A stretch of 23,495 bases of DNA from positions 1 through 23,495 of the forward strand of contig CAVXTP010000019.1 of the NCBI GenBank assembly GCA_963764715.1. The letters are read 5' to 3'. This DNA comes from an uncultured Acidobacteriota bacterium (GTDB lineage Bacteria; Acidobacteriota; Thermoanaerobaculia; UBA5066; Gp7-AA6). The notes below the pieces were generated by a model, which worked only from the letters and a program-made list of their open reading frames with translations, was not told where the DNA came from and did no database searches. Of the stretch, positions 17,202-23,495 are shown in pieces (within the stretch, counting starts at the first letter, position 1; the number at the start of each line of letters is the position of its first letter). The position numbers were made by a program, and so were the translations under genes.

Positions 17202-17275
17202 GTTCTTACTACCCTGCGAATTCCCTGGTTCTCTCGATCTCTCGGGACGCCTACGGAGGCCTCTGTCCGCGGGTC

Positions 17276-18076
17276 TCAGTCGACCAGGCGCTCCGCCTCC
17301 TGATAGCTCGCGTCGTTGGTCCGGTTGTCGGTCGTCGCTCCATAGACCACGGCGTTTCCGGCCGTGACCTGGATCGACAGACTGTCGCTCCCGGCGAGCC
17401 CCGCTCCTCCGAGGAACGTGTCCACCGACGTCTGCTCGAAGAAATTCGCCGCGTAGGTCTTCGTGAGGGTCTTCGTGACCGCTCCGGCGGCGTTGCGCAC
17501 CGTCACGCTCAGGGACGCGCCCTGGTCGAGCGTGCGCACACCGATGTTGAACCGATAGACCGAAAAGTCGGGCGGGCAGACGAGGTACGCGATCTGCCCT
17601 GGGCCGTTCACCGAATCGAGCGTCACGAAATTCTCCGTGAAACCCGAGGTCCCGGCGGCACCCGCGTCGTTGAAGACCCGCACGACCGCGACGGCTCCGG
17701 CCACGCTGCCGTTCGGCAGGAGCACGTCGAGACTGCCGAGGCCCGTGGCGACCCCCATCGCCGGGAGCATGTCCGCGAAATAGACGGTTCCGCGGGCGGG
17801 GACCGTGACCGTCTCCGACGGATCTCCGGCCGTGCCGGAGCGACCCGCCGGATGGAACACCAGCCGGAACGTCAACACGGCGGAGCCGGGGTTGTGGATC
17901 TGGACCGCCGTCTTGAAGTACGAGCCGAAATTCCCCGGCGTCGACCCGACGACCGGCAGAACGGCCCCCAGAAACTCGCCGGGATTCAGTGCCGGATTCT
18001 CCTGCGCAAGGGCCACCGGGCAGACGGCCGCGAGACAGGCCAGGAGCACGATCCCGCGGCATTTCATCGTTGTCAT
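17276..18076 (-). CDS. Secreted hypothetical protein (VLPVVGS...TDNRTND family)
   Basis: GAGGAGG RBS, signal peptide ending ALA-Q, beta-rich body. Start 18076 or 18067. Confidence 0.8.
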   Translation of the reverse strand: MTTMKCRGIVLLACLAAVCPVALAQENPALNPGEFLGAVLPVVGSTPGNFGSYFKTAVQIHNPGSAVLTFRLVFHPAGRSGTAGDPSETVTVPARGTVYFADMLPAMGVATGLGSLDVLLPNGSVAGAVAVVRVFNDAGAAGTSGFTENFVTLDSVNGPGQIAYLVCPPDFSVYRFNIGVRTLDQGASLSVTVRNAAGAVTKTLTKTYAANFFEQTSVDTFLGGAGLAGSDSLSIQVTAGNAVVYGATTDNRTNDASYQEAERLVD

Positions 18077-18269
18077 GACGTCCTCCTCGCATCCGCGAGT
18101 CTTTCCGGGATGCCGCCGGACTCCTAGATGTGACCTCACCAATGTCCGCGGCTTCACCGCGCCCGTCGCGGGGTTCGGCCAAACCCGGCGAGCGGCGGTC
18201 ACGGGCGCAGAAATCGCGCCGCGAAGTGGCGGAATTGCGGCATAATGTTGAGCCAGACACACTTAAGTG

Positions 18270-21200
18270 ATGCCATCCGACGCAACGGCTGGCGCGGGTC
18301 CGACGGGGCGCGCCGGTTCTCCGGGCGAAGCGTTGCGGATTCTCGTCGTCGACGAGAACCCGCGCGATCGAGCCCTGATCGTCGAGACCCTCCAGGCGCA
18401 GATTGCCGGCGCCCGGATCCTCGGCCCCGAGGACCCCGCGGCGCTCGACCGCGCGCTCGAGACGGCCGACTTCGACGTCGTCGTCGCCGACCACCGCCCG
18501 GGCTGGGTCGACGCCTTCCACCTTCTCGGCCGGATCCGCGACCGGAGCCCCGACCTGCCGGTCCTGCTCTGCACCGGCACCGGAAGCGAGGAGCTCGCGG
18601 TCGCCGCGATGAAGGCCGGTTTCGACGACTACGTCCTGAAGCACCCCCACCACTTCCCCCGCCTCGTCCCGGCGATCCGCTCCGCGCTCGAGGAGTCGAC
18701 CCGCCGCCGCATCGCCCGCGAATCCGAGACCCGCTATCGGACGCTCTTCGAGGGCGTGCCCGTCGGCTTGTACCGCGCCACGCTCTCGGGACAGGTCCTC
18801 GACGCCAATCCCGCCCTGCTCCACCTGCTGGGCTTCCCGTCGCGCGAGAGCCTCATGGCCGTCAACATGCGCGAGGTCTACGTCGACCCGAAAGCGCGCC
18901 GCGCGTTTCTCGAGAAGCTCGAGCGCGAGGGCGAGGTCCACGACATGGAGCTCCAGTGGAAGCGCTACGGCGGCCAGATCATCACGGTGCGCAAGGGCGC
19001 GCGCCCGGTGCGCGATCCGTCGGGGCGGCTTCTCCACTACGAGGGCGTCGTCGAGGACATCACCGAGCGGAAGCGCGCCCGACAGGAGCTGCAGGAATCC
19101 AACCAGTTCCGGCAGGAGATCATCTCCGGCGCCGGCGAAGGCATCGTCGTCTACGACCGCGACCTGCGGCTGATCATCTGGAACCAGTACATGGAGCGGA
19201 TGACGGGCCTGCCCGCCGGCCAGGTCCTCGGCCGGCGGCCGCTCGACATCTTCCCCTTCCTGCGGGAGCAGGGCATCGACCGCCTCCTCGAGCGCGCCCT
19301 CGGCGGCGACACCGCCTCCTCCCCCGACGTCCGGTACACGATCCCCCAGACGGGCAACTCCGGCTGGCTCATCGCGACGTACGGCCCCCACCGCGACGCG
19401 GCCGGGCAGATCGTCGGGGTGATCGGCATCGTCCACGACGTCACCGAGCGCCGCCGCGCCGAGCAGGCGCTGCGCGAGAGCGAGGAGCGTTTCCGCCGCA
19501 TGGCCGACGCGGCGCCCGTCATGATCTGGACCGACGACGCGCAGGGCCTGACGACCTACTTCAACAAGCCCTGGCTCGACTTCACGGGCCGCGCGCTCGA
19601 GCGGGAGCTGGGGCTCGGCTCGCGCGAGAGCATCCACCCCGACGACCTGCCGCGGTTCGTCGAGGTGTACGAGGCCGCGCGCGCCGCCCAGCGCTCGTTC
19701 CAGATCGACTACCGGCTGCGCCGCCACGACGGCGAGTACCGCTGGGTCCTCGAAACGGCGATGCCCCGCTCGACCGCCTCGGGCGAGTTCGAGGGCTTCA
19801 TCGGGTCCGTCATCGACATCTCCGAGCGCCGGGCGGCCGAGGACGCCGTGCGCGAGAGCGAGGAACGGTTCCGGTTCATGGCCGACGCCGCGCCCGTGAT
19901 GATCTGGCTCGACGACGAGGCCGCCCGCTGCACCTACTTCAGCAAGCCCTGGCTCGATTTCACCGGTCGCCCGCTCCGCGACGAGCTCGGCTTCGGCTGG
20001 CACGACGGGGTTCATCCCGAGGATCTCGCGGCGGATCCTGAAGATCGAGGAGGCTGCGCGCGCCGCCCGCGAGCCTTTCTCGATGGAGTACCGGCTGCGG
20101 CGTCACGACGGCGAGTACCGCTGGATCTTCGACACCGGGCACCCTCGGTTCACGCCCGGCGGGGTCTTCGCCGGATACATCGGCTCCTCGATCGACATCA
20201 CGGACCGCCGCCGGGCCGAGGAGGCCCTGGTCGAGAGCGAGGCGCGCTATCGCGTCCAGGTCGAGCACGCCCCCGAGGCCATCGTCGTGTTCGACGTCGA
20301 CACGGGGCGGTTCATCGAGGTCAACGAGAACGCCGTGCGGCTCTACGGCCTGCGGCGCGAGGCCCTTCTGGAGACGGGGCCCGCGGCGCTGTCGCCCCCG
20401 AACCAGCCCGACGGGCGGCCCTCCGCGATCGGCGTGCGGGAAAACATCCAGGCGGCCCTCGACGGCGGCACCCCGGTCTTCGAGTGGACCCACCGCGACG
20501 CCGCGGGGCGGGAGGTGCCCTGCGAGGTGCGGCTGGTGCGCCTGCCCTCCGCGACGCGCCGCCTCGTGCGCGGCAGCGTGACCGACATCTCCCAGCGCAA
20601 GAACTCCGAAAAGGTGCGGGCCGCCCTCTACTCGATCGCCGCGACCACGAGCGCGGCCGAGGACCTCGACGAGTTCTACGCCGCGATCCACCGCACCGTC
20701 GGGGAGCTGATGTACGCCCGCAACTTCTACGTGGCGCTGCACGACCCCGTCTCGGCGACGCTTTCGTTCCCGTACTGCGTGGACGAGGTGGACCCGCCGC
20801 CCTCGACGCGCCCGCTCCGGAAGGGCCTGACGGAGAAGGTGCTGCGCTCGGGCGAGCCGCTCCTGGTGCCCGACGAGGAGTTTGCCGCGATCCTCGCGAC
20901 CGGCGAGGTCGAGTCCGTGGGCGCGCCGTCGGTCGACTGGCTCGGCGTGCCTCTGAAGAGCCGGGGCCGGACGTTCGGAGTCCTCGTCGTCCAGAGCTAC
21001 GACCCCCGCTTCCGCTACGGCCCGACCGACAAGGACGTGCTGACGTTCGTCTCGCAGCAGATCGCGGTCGCGATCGACCGAAAGCGCGCCCAGGAGGCCG
21101 TCCGCGAGTCCGAGGAGCGGTACCGCCTCCTCTTCGAGCGGAACCTGGCGGGCGTGTACCGGATCACGCTGACGGGGCGGATCCTCGAGTGCAACGAGGC

Positions 21201-22638
21201 GCTCGCCCACATGTTCGGCTACCGTTCCCGCGAGGACCTCATCGACCGCGACGTGAGCACGCTCTACCCCGCCGCGGACCGCCGCCGGGAGTTCCTCGAT
21301 ACCCTGCTGAAGGACCGAAGCCTCGTCAACCACGAGATGCGCGGGCAGCGAAGGGACGGCAGCCCCGTCTGGACGCTGGAGAACGCGGCCCTGCTGGCGG
21401 ACGAGCGTGCGGGAGAGGTCATCGTCGAGGGCACGGTCACGGACATCACCGACCGGAAGCACCTCGAGGAACAGCTGCGCCAGTCCCAGAAGATGGAGGC
21501 GATCGGCCAGCTCGCGGGAGGCATCGCCCACGACTTCAACAACCTGCTGACCACGGTCCTCGGCTACAGCAACATGGCGCTCAACCAGCTCTCCCCCCAC
21601 GAGCCCCTCCGTGAAGAGATCGAGGAGATCCAGAAGGCCGGCGAACGGGCGGCGAACCTGACGCGGCAGCTCCTCGCCTTCTCGCGCAAGCAGCTCTTCG
21701 AGCCCAGGCTCCTGGACGTGAACGGCCTCATCGCGGAGGCCACGCGGATGCTGTCGCGGCTGATCGGCGAACACATCCGCCTCGTGACCCAGCTCGACCC
21801 GTCGCTCGGCAGCGTCCGCGCCGATCCGGGACAGCTCGAGCAGGTGCTCGTCAACCTCGTCGTCAACGCGCGGGACGCGATGCCCGACGGGGGGACGCTG
21901 ACGATCCGGACGCAGAACGCCGAGGTCGACCCCGCCAACTCCCGGCTTCACTTCGGCGCGGCCGCCGGGCGCTGGGTCGTGCTCTCGGTGGTCGACACGG
22001 GCGTCGGCATCGACCCCGAGGTCCAGAAGCGGATCTTCGAGCCGTTCTTCACGACCAAGGAAAAGCCCCACGGCACGGGGCTCGGTCTCGCGACCGTCTA
22101 CGGCATCGTGCGGCAGAGCGGCGGCCAGGTCTTCGTCGCGAGCGAACCGGGGCGGGGTGCGAACTTCGCGATCTATCTGCCGCGGGCCGAGGCCGGCGTC
22201 GAGGCGGCCGCCGCCGCCGTCGCCGTTCCCGCCGCGCCCGGGCGCGGCTCGGAGACGATCCTCCTCGTCGAGGACGAGGACGCGGTGCGCGACCTGACGC
22301 GGCGCTGTCTCGAGCAGCGGGGCTACTCCGTGCTGGAGGCCGCGAGCGCCGAGGACGCGCTGGAGCTCCTCGCGAAGCGGTCGAGCCGCCTCGACCTCCT
22401 CCTGACGGACGTCGTCATGCCGGGGGCGTCGGGGCCCGAGCTCGCGCATCGGCTGACGGCCGAGCGGCCCGACCTCCGCGTCCTCTTCGTTTCCGGATAT
22501 CCCGACGACTCGCCGGCCTCCGCCGGGGTGCTCGAGAACGGCACGGCGTTCCTTCAGAAGCCGTTCACTCCCGACACCCTCGCGCGCAAGGTCCGCGCCG
22601 TGCTCGACGCTCCCGCCGCCGCGGCCATCTCCCGCTAG
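18270..22638 (+). CDS. Hybrid sensor histidine kinase REC-PAS x5-GAF-PAS-HisKA-HATPase-REC, interrupted by a one-base frameshift at ~20030
   Basis: N-terminal REC, PAS/PAC units ending DITERK/DVTERR/DISERR, GAF (DWLGVPL...VLVVQSY), [37 protein letters not shown]-terminal REC ([15 protein letters not shown]). The two halves lie in different frames. Confidence 0.9.
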
Positions 22639-22644
22639 GGCGGA

Positions 22645-22857
22645 CTAGTAGAAGTCCGAGCAGCTCAGGTAGTAGCCGCAGGCGCGGTTCGGGCAGAGAA
22701 GCTTGCACTTCTGCTCGAAGAGCGGGGCGCCGCAGTTGGGGCAGGTCCGGGAAGGTTCGGCGTTCGAAGCGGCGCCGGCGCTTTCCGCGGGGCGTGGTCC
22801 GTGAGGCTCGGGCGCGGCCGGCTCCGGGAAAACGCCGGACTGTTCGGGGCTCTTCAC
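22645..22857 (-). CDS. Small CPxCG zinc-finger protein
   Basis: [32 protein letters not shown]; GTG start overlaps the upstream stop. Confidence 0.75.
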   Translation of the reverse strand: MKSPEQSGVFPEPAAPEPHGPRPAESAGAASNAEPSRTCPNCGAPLFEQKCKLLCPNRACGYYLSCSDFY

Positions 22858-23069
22858 GGCGCCATCGTCGGCGCCGGCGTGATCTTGAGAACCAGGCCCG
22901 CCGGGGTCCGCAGGGCCTCGATCGGCGTCGTGTCGGGAGTGGGCGGCGGAGCGGGGGTCGTGGCCGGCTCGGCGGCGTGGCCGGCGCCGTGCGACGACTT
23001 CTTGCCGCAGGCGGAGGCCGCGACCACGACGACGGCGAGCGACAGGCCGACCCAGCGCGCGAGCTTCAT
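22854..23069 (-). CDS. Small Pro-rich lipoprotein
   Basis: GGAGGTGGAG RBS, signal peptide with lipobox-like ASA-C, Pro/Thr-rich body. Confidence 0.7.
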   Translation of the reverse strand: MKLARWVGLSLAVVVVAASACGKKSSHGAGHAAEPATTPAPPPTPDTTPIEALRTPAGLVLKITPAPTMAP

Positions 23070-23221
23070 GCGATCTCCACCTCCACGGGCGCCGGGATTC
23101 TAACCGCGCGTCGACAAATTTTGTCGGCCGTCGGCGCTCGACGCGCCGCGGTTTGGCGGCCGGTCGTTCGCCGTCTCACGCAAGTCCTTGAAGAATCAAG
23201 CCTGTTCTTCACACGATCTAC

Positions 23222-23237
23222 TGGTACGGGTCTTGTA
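23222..23237 (+). promoter_or_regulatory. Putative sigma54 (-24/-12) promoter
   Basis: TGGTACGGGTCTTGTA versus TGGCACGnnnnTTGCW; exact spacing, GT instead of GC at -12. Confidence 0.55.
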
Positions 23238-23246
23238 ATCACCGAT

Positions 23247-23321
23247 CGCCAAGAAGAGTGCCGGCATGGGAGTTCCGGCATGACGGGAGGAGGGGGAATC
23301 GGCCGGTTCCCCCTTCGTTTT
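23247..23321 (+). ncRNA. Candidate small RNA
   Basis: Lies between the sigma54-like promoter and an intrinsic terminator; hairpin TGCCGG/CCGGCA (23259-23280); only a 5-codon ORF fits wholly inside. Confidence 0.4.
23290..23321 (+). terminator. Rho-independent terminator
   Basis: GAGGGGGAA-TCGGCCGG-TTCCCCCTT stem-loop followed by CGTTTT. Confidence 0.7.
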
Positions 23322-23328
23322 GCACGTC

Positions 23329-23481
23329 GCGAGAGCTTGCGAGGGGTCTGCGCCTGCGGCGCACCGGCTCGCGGCTCGCCCGGATGCGGGCTCGACCGCG
23401 AGCCTGACCCCTCGACTGCGCTCTCGCTCCCGCGGCGCGAACCTCCTCCCTCCCTTCGGTCGGGAGACTATTCGCGCCGCG
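23329..23481. repeat. REP-like nested palindromic element(s)
   Basis: Nested arms GCGAGAGC/GCTCTCGC, CGAGGGGTC/GACCCCTCG and GGCTCGCGG/CCGCGAGCC (23329-23427); second hairpin CGCGGCGCGAA/TTCGCGCCGCG (23431-23481). Confidence 0.6.
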
Positions 23482-23495
23482 AACCGATGTTGCCT

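Noticed and set aside
16964-18127. 387-aa plus-strand ORF with repeated DGSIPFSST
   Set aside because: Translation of the tRNA, its repeat and the antisense of the 17276-18076 gene.
20032-21614. C-terminal half of the 1115-aa ORF 18267..21614
   Set aside because: Arg/Pro-rich off-frame read-through after the frameshift; the real protein continues in the 20083 frame.
17190-22449. Long minus-strand ORFs (17190..20015, 19960..22449) and similar shadow ORFs such as 4296..6524 and 4619..6337
   Set aside because: Antisense or alternate-frame shadows of real genes, expected in high-GC DNA; no motifs.
23066-23281. 71-aa minus-strand ORF
   Set aside because: No RBS or motif; it runs across promoter elements, including the lipoprotein RBS and TAGAAT -10.

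Overview
High-GC bacterial DNA, probably Acidobacteriota (Thermoanaerobaculia-like, inferred from the SLH-type protein and the VLPVVGS...TDNRTND secreted family). It holds about 26 protein genes and one tRNA-Ala(GGC). Left to right: partial amidohydrolase, K+ channel, secreted protein, DesK/DesR-like two-component pair with two divergent small exported proteins, Tat amidase, SLH protein, two alpha/beta hydrolases, CYTH-like protein, small Cys protein, VOC/ArsR pair, cupin, FadL-like outer-membrane barrel, truncated FAD monooxygenase, VOC-DoxX-HAD-GNAT cluster, tRNA-Ala, secreted protein, a frameshifted REC-5xPAS-GAF-PAS-HK-REC hybrid kinase, a zinc-finger microprotein and a small lipoprotein. 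The most unusual signals are non-coding. The first is a ~177-bp tRNA-linked unit carrying both a direct and an inverted copy of the tRNA T-arm around a GC-rich hairpin core. The second is an apparent UAS/IHF/sigma54 promoter followed by a ~75-nt structured segment and terminator (candidate sRNA) at 23.1-23.3 kb. No integrase, transposase, CRISPR array or recognisable defence system was seen. All calls come from reading the sequence; no searches were run.
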